Source: Lachnospiraceae bacterium GAM79 (GTDB taxonomy: Bacteria; Bacillota_I; Bacilli_A; RFN20; CAG-826). Taken from it: a stretch of 64,000 nt of DNA. The notes under the pieces are model-generated. The model was not told the DNA's origin and did no database searches. It worked only from the letters and a program-made list of their open reading frames with translations. Numbering within the stretch: position 1 is the first letter of the stretch; the number at the start of each line of letters is the position of its first letter. The position numbers and the translations under genes are program-made. The stretch is taken from positions 11,988 to 75,987 of the forward strand of contig CAVEUC010000018.1 of assembly GCA_963619035.1 (NCBI GenBank). The letters are read 5' to 3'. This document shows, one piece after another, positions 1-12,150 of this stretch.

Positions 1-884
1 TATGTAAGTTTGATACTTTTCATGCTCAAAGCTCCAGAAAAATAAACATTCATTCCAGTTAAAAACATTTGTACTCCAAATTGCATAAAAAATAAAACCA
101 ACATCCACATTAAAAAGGATTTGTTTTTAACAGTTAAAGCAATGGATTTTCCCATATTTACTTGTTCTTCGTTATCAATAATTTCATCGCCATCATCTTC
201 ACCATTTAATCTTCTCTTTTCAATATCACAAAGTCTATTAGATTTTTCTTTTATTAAAAAGATAGGAATCAACATAGTTAAAGCTAATGGCATAAAAATT
301 AAAGCTATTATTCTTATATTTAAATAACCAACTAAAACAGGTATTAAAGCAAAACCTAAAATAAAATAAATAACGTCAAATACAGATTTAACGTTTGATA
401 TATACATTCTATCTTTATCTGTTTTTGCAATTTCTGCAAAGGTAGCATAATAAGTCCCCATTACTAATGTATAAGAAATATAATATAAACAAAGTATTAT
501 TCCATAAAATATTGTATTTACTAAATCATTTTCGACATTTCTAGGTATAACAATAAATAATCCATAAAAAGCTAAAACACTTATTAAACCAACAATTAAT
601 GAAGGTCTTCTTCTTCCTATTTTAGTTCTTAAATTATCAGTAATACCTGCAACAGGTATATCTATTACACCATCAATTATTTTTGCTATTAAAATAAATA
701 TTGACCAAATAGAAGCAATGACTAAGTCTTTACTAGCATAAGTCCAATTATCTAAATTTTCTTTAAAACCTGAAGTTAAAAGTGCATCGCACAAATAAGA
801 ACCAACAATAACATTTAATAAATTTATACCAAATCCGCCAATAGCATATAGAAAGAGTAATTTTTTGCTCGAAATCTTTTTCAT
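1..884 (-). CDS. MFS transporter of the GPH (glycoside-pentoside-hexuronide:cation symporter) family. The N-terminal part lies in the window and the gene runs off the window start.
   Basis: Reverse translation from the ATG at 884 gives MKKISSKKLLFLYAIGGFGINLLN...DGVIDIPVAGITDNLRTKIGRRRP, which matches the GPH family signature D..G..D..R..GRRRP. It stays hydrophobic throughout. It is absent from the ORF track because its end lies outside the window. Confidence 0.6.
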   Translation of the reverse strand, partial: MKKISSKKLLFLYAIGGFGINLLNVIVGSYLCDALLTSGFKENLDNWTYASKDLVIASIWSIFILIAKIIDGVIDIPVAGITDNLRTKIGRRRPSLIVGLISVLAFYGLFIVIPRNVENDLVNTIFYGIILCLYYISYTLVMGTYYATFAEIAKTDKDRMYISNVKSVFDVIYFILGFALIPVLVGYLNIRIIALIFMPLALTMLIPIFLIKEKSNRLCDIEKRRLNGEDDGDEIIDNEEQVNMGKSIALTVKNKSFLMWMLVLFFMQFGVQMFLTGMNVYFSGALSMKSIKLT

Positions 885-999
885 AATATTTAAATTTTAT
901 CTCTTCCATATATTTTTTTCAATTATTCATAATTTTATGAAAAAAGATATGTTAATTTTTATCAACTTATAACGTCTTGATAGTAAAGGAGATAAAATT

Positions 1000-1956
1000 A
1001 TGAACATCAAAAAGAAAAAAATTTCAATAATTGTAACTGCATCATTATCTGCAGTGTTGCTAATTGGCGGAACCATCGCTTTCGCTTCTTATTATTCAAA
1101 TAAAACTGTTAAAGAAGAAGATGATTCGCCAATTAAAATTGAAACAAACAACGTTTTGGCTAAAAAAATAAGCGATAAGGAGTATCAATTAACTGCAACA
1201 GTTTATCCTGAATATAATTTTAATAAATCCGTAAAATGGGATTTAGCCTTTAAAAGTGCAAATTCTGAATGGGCTAACGGAAAAGAAATTGCTGATTATG
1301 TTACATTAAACATTGATGAAAATGATCCCACAGTTGCCAATATTTTATTAAAACAGGCTTTTGGGGAACAAATAATTATTACTTGCTCATCAATTAACTA
1401 TCCAGATATTAAAGCTTCATGTACTATCGATTACGAAAAGAAGATTGAAAATATTAATTTTTATTTAAACAATGATAAAGAAGCTAACGATCCTTATATT
1501 AAAGAAGGAGATAAAATTAAATCAGATTATGAAATTACATATTCACCAACATATTCTTTAGATAAAGAATATTCAGATTTAAAAGTAACTACAGATGTAT
1601 ATTTAGAAAATCAAGAACCTGGAACTTATGTCATCAAATATGATTCAACAGGAAAGACAATAAATTATAAAACAGTATTAAATTATTTAACTGCTATTTT
1701 AAATAACGAAACTACATTTAGTACAACAACATTAATGAATAAAATCAAAAATGATCCCGATGCCGATATCTTTTTAGGAAACGAAAATATGGAAGAAAAG
1801 GAATTATATGTAAGTCATTTAAAAACACAAGGATTTACATTTAGAGGCCAATTATATGAAGGTAATAAAAAGATAAAAGAATCATTTAAAACATATAAGC
1901 TTAAATTAAAAGATGTAACTAGTCTTTCTTTAAGCGAAAATATGATTATTTTTTGA
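1000..1956 (+). CDS. Membrane-anchored surface protein with a Big_2-like (bacterial Ig-like) segment. Function unknown.
   Basis: An AAGGAG RBS sits 8 nt upstream. The N-terminal signal/anchor is KKKISIIVTASLSAVLLIGGTIAFA. The segment LTATVYPEYNFNKSVKWDL resembles the Big_2 core. Confidence 0.5.
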   Translation: MNIKKKKISIIVTASLSAVLLIGGTIAFASYYSNKTVKEEDDSPIKIETNNVLAKKISDKEYQLTATVYPEYNFNKSVKWDLAFKSANSEWANGKEIADYVTLNIDENDPTVANILLKQAFGEQIIITCSSINYPDIKASCTIDYEKKIENINFYLNNDKEANDPYIKEGDKIKSDYEITYSPTYSLDKEYSDLKVTTDVYLENQEPGTYVIKYDSTGKTINYKTVLNYLTAILNNETTFSTTTLMNKIKNDPDADIFLGNENMEEKELYVSHLKTQGFTFRGQLYEGNKKIKESFKTYKLKLKDVTSLSLSENMIIF

Positions 1957-2444
1957 AAAAGAAAAATAACATAATTTTATTTATTCTTTTATCTTTTATT
2001 TCTATCTCAATAATCTCATCTGTATTTGTTATTAGATACTATCTTGATGTAAGCAGCAAAAATAAACAAAACACAATTACAAATATTCAAAACAATCAAA
2101 TTGAAATTAATACAATCTATAATGTTGCACTGATTTATAACAATAAAAAAGAGACTATTAAATACTATTGTTTTTCAACGATTTCTTCGTCAATTTATAA
2201 TGTTAAAAACATTGAATATTCATTAAACGATCTTAATTTTAATAAATATATTTCTACTAAAGTTGAAGATGACATTTTATATTTCACTTTCTTATCAGAT
2301 GAAACTAACATTTATAAACAAGAAATATCAAAAGATGGCCTCTTAATAAACCAATCAATATTTAACTTATCTATATTTACAAAACATAATAAAGCAAACA
2401 TAAAATTTAAAATTAATAACTATCAAGCAAGTTTCAATTTTTAG
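1953..2444 (+). CDS. Small membrane-anchored hypothetical protein. It shares a 4-nt ATGA overlap with the upstream gene.
   Basis: The N-terminal TM helix is ILFILLSFISISIISSVFVI. It is translationally coupled to the 1000..1956 gene. No recognisable family. Confidence 0.4.
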   Translation: MKKKNNIILFILLSFISISIISSVFVIRYYLDVSSKNKQNTITNIQNNQIEINTIYNVALIYNNKKETIKYYCFSTISSSIYNVKNIEYSLNDLNFNKYISTKVEDDILYFTFLSDETNIYKQEISKDGLLINQSIFNLSIFTKHNKANIKFKINNYQASFNF

Positions 2445-2446
2445 AA

Positions 2447-2480
2447 TAAAAAAATGGTAGATCCAAGTCTACCATTTATA
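2447..2480 (-). terminator. Rho-independent terminator after eno, placed between convergent genes.
   Basis: An 8-bp stem ATGGTAGA/TCTACCAT with loop tccaag. On the eno strand it is followed by a U7 run, which is the A7 at 2447-2453 on the + strand. Confidence 0.6.
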
Positions 2481-2499
2481 AGTTAAAAACTTTAATTAA

Positions 2500-3825
<1,326 letters not shown>

Positions 3826-3943
3826 TTATAATAAATTTTAACTTATAAGTTAAGAGAAAACATAAAGATAATAATCAATTTTTTTATTAATTAATCTTTA
3901 TTAAGCATAATTTCGAGCAAGTTACTTTAATTCAGTATTTCTG

Positions 3944-6900
3944 TTATTCTTCAATTGTTATAAATACCTGTTTATATACATGGTATCCACCATCTTCGCT
4001 AGAATCATCAAATAACACAATCTTATAATCACCTTTTGGTAAATCAACCAATTCAGGTCTTAAATATACTCCACTTTGTCCAGTTTGTTCTTTAATATTG
4101 TAAGTTCCGCCTGAATTGTGATTTGAATCAATTACATAATACCAATATATTGAAGCAACACCATTATCTGCATTAGGATTTACAACATCATCTTTTAGAT
4201 AAATTCCTACCCAATAATTTTTCTTTCCATAAGCAGTTACCAAAATATCTTCACCAACCTTATATACTTCTTTATTTGTTGATAATTCATTTTCAATAAC
4301 AGAAAGAACAGCATATCTTCTTTCAATCTCAACTCCGTCCTTTTTAAATATAGCTATCGCATTAGTTTTACCAACTGAATTTAAAGTATTATTTATGTAT
4401 TTTACAGTTATCCCATTAGGTAAAGTGCCCTCGATTGTTAAATTTACTTCTTCGGTATTTTGATAAATTTCTTTATCTTCGAATTTAATTGAAGACAAAC
4501 TGTCTTCATCTAATGTTTCGTTTTTTGAAACGCTTATATAAATAACATCATTTGGATCGTAATTATAACTACCATCTTTGAAATAAATAATCTTATAGGT
4601 TCCACCAGTGATTCCTCCTTGTAAATTATCTATTCCTTCTTGTATCGCTTTTGTTCTGAAATATTTATCTTCTTCTGAATTTATTGAATACCAGTATTTA
4701 GAAGGGGTTGAGGAGACTTCATCATCACTTTTATATATACCAATCCATGCAGAATTAGAACCACTTCCAATACTATAATTGCTGTCACATTTTGAAGTTG
4801 TAACAAATATATTCTCATTCTTTTTATACTGATTTTTATTTGTGACAAAATGCTTAACACTTATTGTAGCAACTCTTTTACCAACTATTTCTCCATTTAA
4901 TCTAAATATTGCGGTTGCTTTTGTAGAACCGAATTCAGTAATTTCGTTGTTTTCGTACTCTACAGCTATACCTTCGTTTAAAGTTCCTTGAATTTCTTTT
5001 ATATGTTTATTTCCATCATATAAATAATTTTCATCATTAAAAGATATATTTCCTAGATCAACTTTATCTTCATATTCAAGAACTTCATCGCATTTTGAAG
5101 AATCTGGTTTTGCTTTAGTCCAATCAAAATTCGAAAAATCATAATCAGTCCCAAAAATATTAAGCATTTCTTGGTAAGATTTAATACTTCCTTTTGAATG
5201 ATAAGTTTTATTATTATCATAATAGGATAGATAATCTAAGTAGTTATTAGCAACTTTTTCACTATATTGAGTATCAATATATTTCCATAAATTGTATGAC
5301 TCTTTTTTATCACCATAGATGTCTAATAAACCGAAATTTGCATAAGCACTTGCTTCAGCTTCGTGGTCTGTACATCTATAATAAGAGAATCCAACAATAG
5401 AGTCTAATTGTGATACTTTATAATAAGCTAAAGCTATACATGCAGCTTGTGTTTTTCTTAATTCATCAACATTGCTTCCAGGTAATTCGCAACTAGAAAT
5501 ACCGCTTTCATTTAAGTAAACAGGTCTTAATGAACCATTAACTTTTAAACTATCTTGATGAAGATATATATCTAATACTTCTAAATTTGAAAAAGTAATC
5601 ATTGCTGTAGCCTGATGATCTTCTGTATTTGTTGGATATTGGTTCATGCCAATTGTTTTTCCGCCTTTTGTAGTTGTTATATCATCCCCACCATACCAAG
5701 TATCAAGTTCATAAATACTATTTGAAGGTAAACTTCTACAATACGAATGAGGAGCTAAACCCCAATTATAATCTCCTTGTAATTTGCTTCTTTTATTAAG
5801 CCATCCAACTAAATCAAGAGGTGCATAGCCTTGAACATCATTTAATAAGCCATTTTTTTCTGTTTTTCCCCAGTTATGTGTAATAGGCATACAAACAGTT
5901 GTTGAATTACAATATTTTTTTGAAGCTAAATTAGCAATTCTTAACAATCTTGAATATTCTTCCATATATACATCAATAGAACTTTGTTTTTCACTAATTC
6001 TATTATAAGATTGTGGGAAATCTATTTCGTTTCCAATTACATAATTACTAATATATCCATTTTCAAAATTATATAAAGAGTGTCTATAATTAATAAACTC
6101 CATACAAGCAATAAAATAATCAAAACCATATTTATTTGATGTATTTTGACCCATTAATGAAGTCCCTTGAGCGGCATATGGTAAATAAGTCATTTTAGAA
6201 GGAAATTGTTCTTCGTTTGTATTAACTGTACATATTAAATTTAATGTTATATTTGCACCTAATTTATAAAATTTTTTTGTTTGTTTTTCTAAATCATCAA
6301 CTTTATCTTTATTAAAATAATAAATTGTTCCATTTGAAATAAAATTATATGTTACACTTTCATCAGGATGATCAATCTCGATTGCTTTATCGCCTTCAAA
6401 CACCTCATTAGGATAAATAAAACCATTTAAATCTAAATTTAAAACAGTATAAGAACAATTCAAATCTTTGAAAGCTTCATAGTCTTCTCCAAATAATCCT
6501 TTTTTAGATTTAATATTTAATATTGGCTTAGTATTTACTAACGATTCTACTTCTGTAACAAATACAGAACCTCTAATAATCTTATTATTTCTTACAACAT
6601 AAAATTTAGAATATAAATTATCGAATCCATCACTTTCATATCTATTTATTTCAATATTTTCTTCTGTTCCTAAAGAATATTCACCAACCTTATATTTTTC
6701 ATTTATTTCAACAATACTTTCACTTAATCCAGTAAAGAATTTATCCTCGTCTTTTTCTTCTTTAAAGTATTCGTAACCTCTTAACATATAAACTTCAGTT
6801 AAATCGTTTCCTACCAATTCTTCATCACTATTTAAACTTAATCTAATCTTATTTGAAGTAGCTGAAGCTTTTAAATTGATATATTGTTGCGTTTTTTCTA

Positions 6901-7015
6901 ATTCCAATAAATCGACTTTAGATTTTTTCCAATCATCATTACAACTTTCTAAGCATAAAGATGTTGAAGTAATTAACAAACTTAAAAACAATGAACATTT
7001 AATGTACTTTTTCAT
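3944..7015 (-). CDS. Large (about 1023-aa) surface (lipo)protein. The central region resembles a clan GH-A TIM-barrel glycoside hydrolase. The C-terminus carries two tandem copies of a module that is also found in the adjacent phosphoesterase.
   Basis: The signal peptide MKKYIKCSLFLSLLITSTSLCLESC contains a Cys. The start at 7015 (MKKYIK) has an AAGGATGG RBS; an alternative ATG lies at 7024. The central motifs VIGNEIDFPQ (GH-A acid/base-like NE) and VYLNESGIS (nucleophile-like) are about 200 aa apart in an aromatic-rich region. The C-terminal half is 2x [E..G.T.A.AIF..G....R.A..SV + NK..YK..E.I........W.GIY..DD....WYY]. Confidence 0.55.
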   Translation of the reverse strand: MKKYIKCSLFLSLLITSTSLCLESCNDDWKKSKVDLLELEKTQQYINLKASATSNKIRLSLNSDEELVGNDLTEVYMLRGYEYFKEEKDEDKFFTGLSESIVEINEKYKVGEYSLGTEENIEINRYESDGFDNLYSKFYVVRNNKIIRGSVFVTEVESLVNTKPILNIKSKKGLFGEDYEAFKDLNCSYTVLNLDLNGFIYPNEVFEGDKAIEIDHPDESVTYNFISNGTIYYFNKDKVDDLEKQTKKFYKLGANITLNLICTVNTNEEQFPSKMTYLPYAAQGTSLMGQNTSNKYGFDYFIACMEFINYRHSLYNFENGYISNYVIGNEIDFPQSYNRISEKQSSIDVYMEEYSRLLRIANLASKKYCNSTTVCMPITHNWGKTEKNGLLNDVQGYAPLDLVGWLNKRSKLQGDYNWGLAPHSYCRSLPSNSIYELDTWYGGDDITTTKGGKTIGMNQYPTNTEDHQATAMITFSNLEVLDIYLHQDSLKVNGSLRPVYLNESGISSCELPGSNVDELRKTQAACIALAYYKVSQLDSIVGFSYYRCTDHEAEASAYANFGLLDIYGDKKESYNLWKYIDTQYSEKVANNYLDYLSYYDNNKTYHSKGSIKSYQEMLNIFGTDYDFSNFDWTKAKPDSSKCDEVLEYEDKVDLGNISFNDENYLYDGNKHIKEIQGTLNEGIAVEYENNEITEFGSTKATAIFRLNGEIVGKRVATISVKHFVTNKNQYKKNENIFVTTSKCDSNYSIGSGSNSAWIGIYKSDDEVSSTPSKYWYSINSEEDKYFRTKAIQEGIDNLQGGITGGTYKIIYFKDGSYNYDPNDVIYISVSKNETLDEDSLSSIKFEDKEIYQNTEEVNLTIEGTLPNGITVKYINNTLNSVGKTNAIAIFKKDGVEIERRYAVLSVIENELSTNKEVYKVGEDILVTAYGKKNYWVGIYLKDDVVNPNADNGVASIYWYYVIDSNHNSGGTYNIKEQTGQSGVYLRPELVDLPKGDYKIVLFDDSSEDGGYHVYKQVFITIEE

Positions 7016-7026
7016 AAAAACCATCC

Positions 7027-8655
7027 TTATAATTTAATTTTATAACAAGCGCTTGAAATAAATTTTTTATTCACAAAATCTCTTCCAAGCACATAAATAC
7101 AATCATCATATACTTTTAAATAATATCCTTGGCTGCCTTTTAAATATTCTCCAGTAGGAATATTATAACTATCCCACAAATAAGCAACTGATGCTGTATT
7201 AAAGATATTAGGTAATAAATCATCTTTTTTATAATGATTTTTCTCACTATTCATATCCCAATGGCTATGACCATTAAAGAAAAATATTTGTTTATATTTT
7301 TCTATAATATTTCTTAAAGCGCTATCTTGAGTTACGCCGTTCCATCCTTGACCTTCTAAACTTCCTGCTATTGTGTTATACAAAGATTGATGCAAATAAA
7401 CAAAAACAGGTTTATTTGGATCTTTACCATTTTCTTCTTTCATAACATTATCAAACCAAGTTAACTGTTCATTACTTATATAAGCATCAACACTACTATC
7501 GCTATTTTCACTTCCTAAGAACACATGAGTATATCCATCTATTTCAACTTTATAATAGACGGAATCTTGCTTTGAATATTTATAGAAATAATTTATTTGA
7601 TTATCATATGATCCACCATATAAATCATGGTTTCCTAATGAATAATAAACATTATTTATAATATTAGAATTAGTAAGTAGAGAATTAGCTTCTTCCCATT
7701 CTCTTTCGCTTCCTGAATTTGCAATATCACCAACTACAATTGTATTTGTGCTTTCACCTTTATTAACATTTTCAAAATCTTTTAACATTTCTTTTAAATG
7801 CTCTGTATGTAAAGTTTTTGCGTCACTTGATGCTAAATGGGTATCTTCTAAAGCAATGTGTATATCGCTAACAACTTCAAAATCAATACTACTTTTTTCA
7901 TCGTTTCTTAAAGAATTTAAAGCTAAATTAGGTAAATTAAATTCTCTATAACTCGCACTCTTTCCAGCACTATTTTTTGAATAAACTACTAATTTCGTTG
8001 CTTCTTTTGGAATAATCACATCGTCATTTAGTTTTATAGTACAAGGGTTTGTATAAACTTTTTCTGTTCTTAATGAAGTGTATTCTTCTAACACACCTTT
8101 ATCGTTAGCCCAATACATAACAACCTCGTTTACAGGAATATCATCAAAAGTTAATTCGATTGTACCATTTGATGTACCACTAGTTACATCATCAAGAATA
8201 TATTCAACATTAGTAGGAGCATTTGGTAATGTTATTTTATCTTCTAACACTTCAAAAGTATAAGTATCTAGTACATATTTTGAATAATCTTTTTTATCCA
8301 TTGTATCATTAGAAAATAAAACAGCTTTATATTTAAAACTAGGCATATTTTTCACAACATCTCTACTCGTATTATATGTTAATGATTTTGTTACATTATA
8401 ATATTTATCACTGACAAAACCATTCTTATTAACATAATACCATCTAATTGAATCAACCTTGTTTATATCATCACTTTCTCTATAAATGCCAACCCATGAA
8501 TTACCATCACCTTTAGCTTTAATATAAATATCCTCAAATTTTTTATATTGAGTTTTATTAGTACTAACCAAGCCTTTGCTTTCATTTGTACAACCAAATA
8601 CACCTAGTAAAATAGGCGTAATTAAAAATATCTTTAATAAATTCTTTTTCTTCAT
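7027..8655 (-). CDS. Surface lipoprotein of the calcineurin-like metallophosphoesterase family, a possible nucleotidase or phosphodiesterase. It carries an N-terminal WVGIY/WYY beta-module.
   Basis: The signal peptide plus Cys is MKKKNLLKIFLITPILLGVFGC. All metallophosphoesterase motifs are present in order: VVSDIHI (DxH), VVGDIANSG (GDxx), SLGNHDL (GNHD), YLHQS (H) and NGHSHWD (GHxH). The N-terminal NKTQYKKFEDIYIKAKGDGNSWVGIYRESDD...IRWYYV is homologous to the two C-terminal modules of the 3944..7015 protein. Confidence 0.8.
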   Translation of the reverse strand: MKKKNLLKIFLITPILLGVFGCTNESKGLVSTNKTQYKKFEDIYIKAKGDGNSWVGIYRESDDINKVDSIRWYYVNKNGFVSDKYYNVTKSLTYNTSRDVVKNMPSFKYKAVLFSNDTMDKKDYSKYVLDTYTFEVLEDKITLPNAPTNVEYILDDVTSGTSNGTIELTFDDIPVNEVVMYWANDKGVLEEYTSLRTEKVYTNPCTIKLNDDVIIPKEATKLVVYSKNSAGKSASYREFNLPNLALNSLRNDEKSSIDFEVVSDIHIALEDTHLASSDAKTLHTEHLKEMLKDFENVNKGESTNTIVVGDIANSGSEREWEEANSLLTNSNIINNVYYSLGNHDLYGGSYDNQINYFYKYSKQDSVYYKVEIDGYTHVFLGSENSDSSVDAYISNEQLTWFDNVMKEENGKDPNKPVFVYLHQSLYNTIAGSLEGQGWNGVTQDSALRNIIEKYKQIFFFNGHSHWDMNSEKNHYKKDDLLPNIFNTASVAYLWDSYNIPTGEYLKGSQGYYLKVYDDCIYVLGRDFVNKKFISSACYKIKL

Positions 8656-8684
8656 ATTAATATAGACGATTTAAGAGACTCTTT

Positions 8685-9314
8685 TTATTTATTTTTTAAA
8701 CTAAATTCGCATCCACAATAATTTTGTCGATAAACATTGTATTTTTTTGACAAAGCGATTCCAATATCTTGTCCACCATCCCTTTTAAAATCGCATTGAA
8801 TATAATAGACATTTCCATATTCTTTTTCAACTTTTCTTCCTAGTTCATTAATAAACATACTGTTTTTATTTCTAGAAATACTCATTACAGTTGTCACATA
8901 ATTAAAATTATTAATGTTTGCATATTCAAATAATCTTCTTATTCTTTTTTCAATGCAAATTTCACATCTTTTTCCACCTTCTTTTTCATCAGCATAAGGT
9001 ATTAAATCTTCGATAAACAAAGAATGATTATAGGAATCTTCAACAATTTTAATATTAGTATCTAAATCTTTTTCAATACTTTTTACATACTCTTTTAAAG
9101 CGTTTAATCTTTTTAAATATTCTTCATGAGGTGTTATATTAGAATTAGAAAATAGAATTGTTATATCAAATAAGTCAGTTAAAAAAACAAGTGGATAACA
9201 TGAACAAGCTCCACAACACACATGTAACAATAACTTTGGTTTTTCACCATCTTTTTTAATGTTTCTATATTCTACAAAAAACTCTTTATAGTAATCACAT
9301 TTTTTTAGATTCAT
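8685..9314 (-). CDS. queH: Epoxyqueuosine reductase QueH (DUF208 family).
   Basis: The conserved Cys clusters are LLHVCCGACSCYP and NYCGCEFS. The proposed start MNLKKCDYY at 9314 overlaps the end of queA by 20 nt; the ORF-track start lies further upstream. Confidence 0.8.
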   Translation of the reverse strand: MNLKKCDYYKEFFVEYRNIKKDGEKPKLLLHVCCGACSCYPLVFLTDLFDITILFSNSNITPHEEYLKRLNALKEYVKSIEKDLDTNIKIVEDSYNHSLFIEDLIPYADEKEGGKRCEICIEKRIRRLFEYANINNFNYVTTVMSISRNKNSMFINELGRKVEKEYGNVYYIQCDFKRDGGQDIGIALSKKYNVYRQNYCGCEFSLKNK

Positions 9315-10335
9315 ATATAAACATCGCATCTCCAAAACTAAAGAAATGATATTTTTCTTCAACTGCATGCTTATATACATCAAGTGTAAATTCTCTTCCT
9401 ATAAATGCGCTTACAAGCATAATCAAAGTTGATTTAGGCAAATGAAAATTTGTAATTAAACAATCAATTGCTTTATATTCGTATCCCGGACTAATAAAAA
9501 TATTAGTAGATGCTTTTTCAGCTTTAAAACAATTAAATTTATTAAAGTTAGCTTCTAAAGTTCTAACACAAGTTGTACCTACAGCAATTATTCTTCTACC
9601 TTCTTTTTTAGCTGCATTTAATTTTTCTGCAACTTCTTCTTTAATTTCATATTCTTCACTATGCATCACATGATCATTTGTATCTTTAACTTTAACAGGT
9701 CTAAACGTTCCTAATCCGATAGTTAAAGTTACATCTAATATTTCAACACCTTTTTCTTTTAGTTTCTCTAATAATTCGTTTGTAAAATGAAAACCAGCTG
9801 TTGGAGCAGCAGCACTTCCTTCATTTTTAGCATAAACTGTTTGATATTTATTATTATCATCAACTTCTTTATGAATATAAGGAGGTAAAGGTAAAATTCC
9901 AATTTTATCTAACTCTTCTAAAAAGATTCCGTTGTATTTAAATTTTAATAATCTTATACCTTCGTCTTTAATTCCAACACATTTAGCAACTAAAATGTCA
10001 TCTTTAAAATGTAAAACTGAATCTAGTTTAATTGCTTTAGCATTACCGCATAAACACTCCCAAGTATCATTACCTAAATCTTTTAATAATAAAACTTCAA
10101 CATGTGCATTAGTAACTTCTTTAGTTGCAAAAAGTCTAGCAGGAATAACTTTTGTATTATTTCTTACCAAAACATCACCTTTTTTAAAATAATTAATAAT
10201 GTTATAAAAATAAGAATCTTTATATGTGTTTGTAGATTTATCTACCAATAATAATCTACATTCATCTCTTTTTTGACTAGGTTCTTGTGCAATTAATTCT
10301 TCAGGTAAATTATAATTAAATAATTCAATATCCAT
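9295..10335 (-). CDS. queA: S-adenosylmethionine:tRNA ribosyltransferase-isomerase.
   Basis: Full-length QueA match, for example MDIELFNYNLPEELIAQEPSQKRDECRLLLVDKST and GTTCVRTLE. Confidence 0.95.
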   Translation of the reverse strand: MDIELFNYNLPEELIAQEPSQKRDECRLLLVDKSTNTYKDSYFYNIINYFKKGDVLVRNNTKVIPARLFATKEVTNAHVEVLLLKDLGNDTWECLCGNAKAIKLDSVLHFKDDILVAKCVGIKDEGIRLLKFKYNGIFLEELDKIGILPLPPYIHKEVDDNNKYQTVYAKNEGSAAAPTAGFHFTNELLEKLKEKGVEILDVTLTIGLGTFRPVKVKDTNDHVMHSEEYEIKEEVAEKLNAAKKEGRRIIAVGTTCVRTLEANFNKFNCFKAEKASTNIFISPGYEYKAIDCLITNFHLPKSTLIMLVSAFIGREFTLDVYKHAVEEKYHFFSFGDAMFIYESKKM

Positions 10336-10336
10336 A

Positions 10337-11491
<1,155 letters not shown>

Positions 11492-11495
11492 TTAT

Positions 11496-12083
11496 CTAAA
11501 ACTTAAAATCCATTGATGTATTTGCATCAATTAGACTATAAAATCCCTTATATTTTTTTGCTAGAACCATAAATAAAGGATAACCAACACAAACTATACA
11601 AATGAATTCACCTAAAAAAGTCCAACCAAATGTAATCATAAAAGCTGTAAAAGTCATACCAGCTTGGACATCACACAAATAGACGATTAAAGGTACAACA
11701 AGAGCATTTACAACACAAGGCATAAATGCAGATAACAATAAATTTTTAATAGTTTTACTAACCAAAATAATTAATAAGCAACCAATTAAAGTTCCTAATG
11801 TTCCAAAAACCATATCAAATACTCCATATTGGCTCATTATGTTACTTAATAAACAACCTAATGTTAAACCAATTGTGTATAAAGGATTAAAGAATACTAA
11901 AAGATTAAGCAATTCACTAAATCTTAATTGCAAACTTCCTCCATTATAACTTAATGGACCACACAATATAGTTACAACAGCATATAATGCTGCTATTAAT
12001 GCATTAGTCACAATACATTTTACGGTTAAATTTTTCTTAAACCATAAAGAAACGGATGAACCTTTTTTGTTTGATTCGTTCAT
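11496..12083 (-). CDS. queT: Queuosine-precursor ECF transporter S component (QueT, COG4708-like).
   Basis: A 195-aa polytopic membrane protein with the QueT-like motif LQLRFSELLNLLVFFNP. It sits directly upstream of tgt-queA-queH and behind a structured leader. Confidence 0.65.
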   Translation of the reverse strand: MNESNKKGSSVSLWFKKNLTVKCIVTNALIAALYAVVTILCGPLSYNGGSLQLRFSELLNLLVFFNPLYTIGLTLGCLLSNIMSQYGVFDMVFGTLGTLIGCLLIILVSKTIKNLLLSAFMPCVVNALVVPLIVYLCDVQAGMTFTAFMITFGWTFLGEFICIVCVGYPLFMVLAKKYKGFYSLIDANTSMDFKF

Positions 12084-12085
12084 AA

Positions 12086-12150
12086 AAATACCCCCTTGTT
12101 AAATTTTACGAGTGGTTAGTCAATGGGAAAGACACTCGAGTCGATATTAA
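12086..12150 (-). ncRNA. Candidate preQ1 riboswitch (class unresolved) in the queT leader.
   Basis: The minus-strand leader is CGACUC GAGUG UCUUUCCCAUUGACUAAC CACUC GUAAAAUUUAACAAGGGGG UAUUUUU AUG. It forms a 5-bp stem plus a U/C-rich loop containing CCC, then an A-rich tail (UUAACAAGG, compare the T. tengcongensis preQ1-I tail UUAACAAAACAAGG) that runs into the SD. An upstream TATAAT -10 box lies at 12150-12155 on the minus strand. Confidence 0.45.

Noticed and set aside
121-327. 68-aa + strand ORF near the window start.
   Set aside because: It lies wholly inside the minus-strand GPH-family transporter gene (1..884), which has clear family motifs. It has low-complexity Ser/Ile composition and no RBS.
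7748-8263. Two + strand ORFs (7748..7951 and 8078..8263) inside the phosphoesterase gene.
   Set aside because: They are antisense to a CDS with a full set of ordered metallophosphoesterase motifs. This is a typical open-frame artefact in AT-rich DNA.
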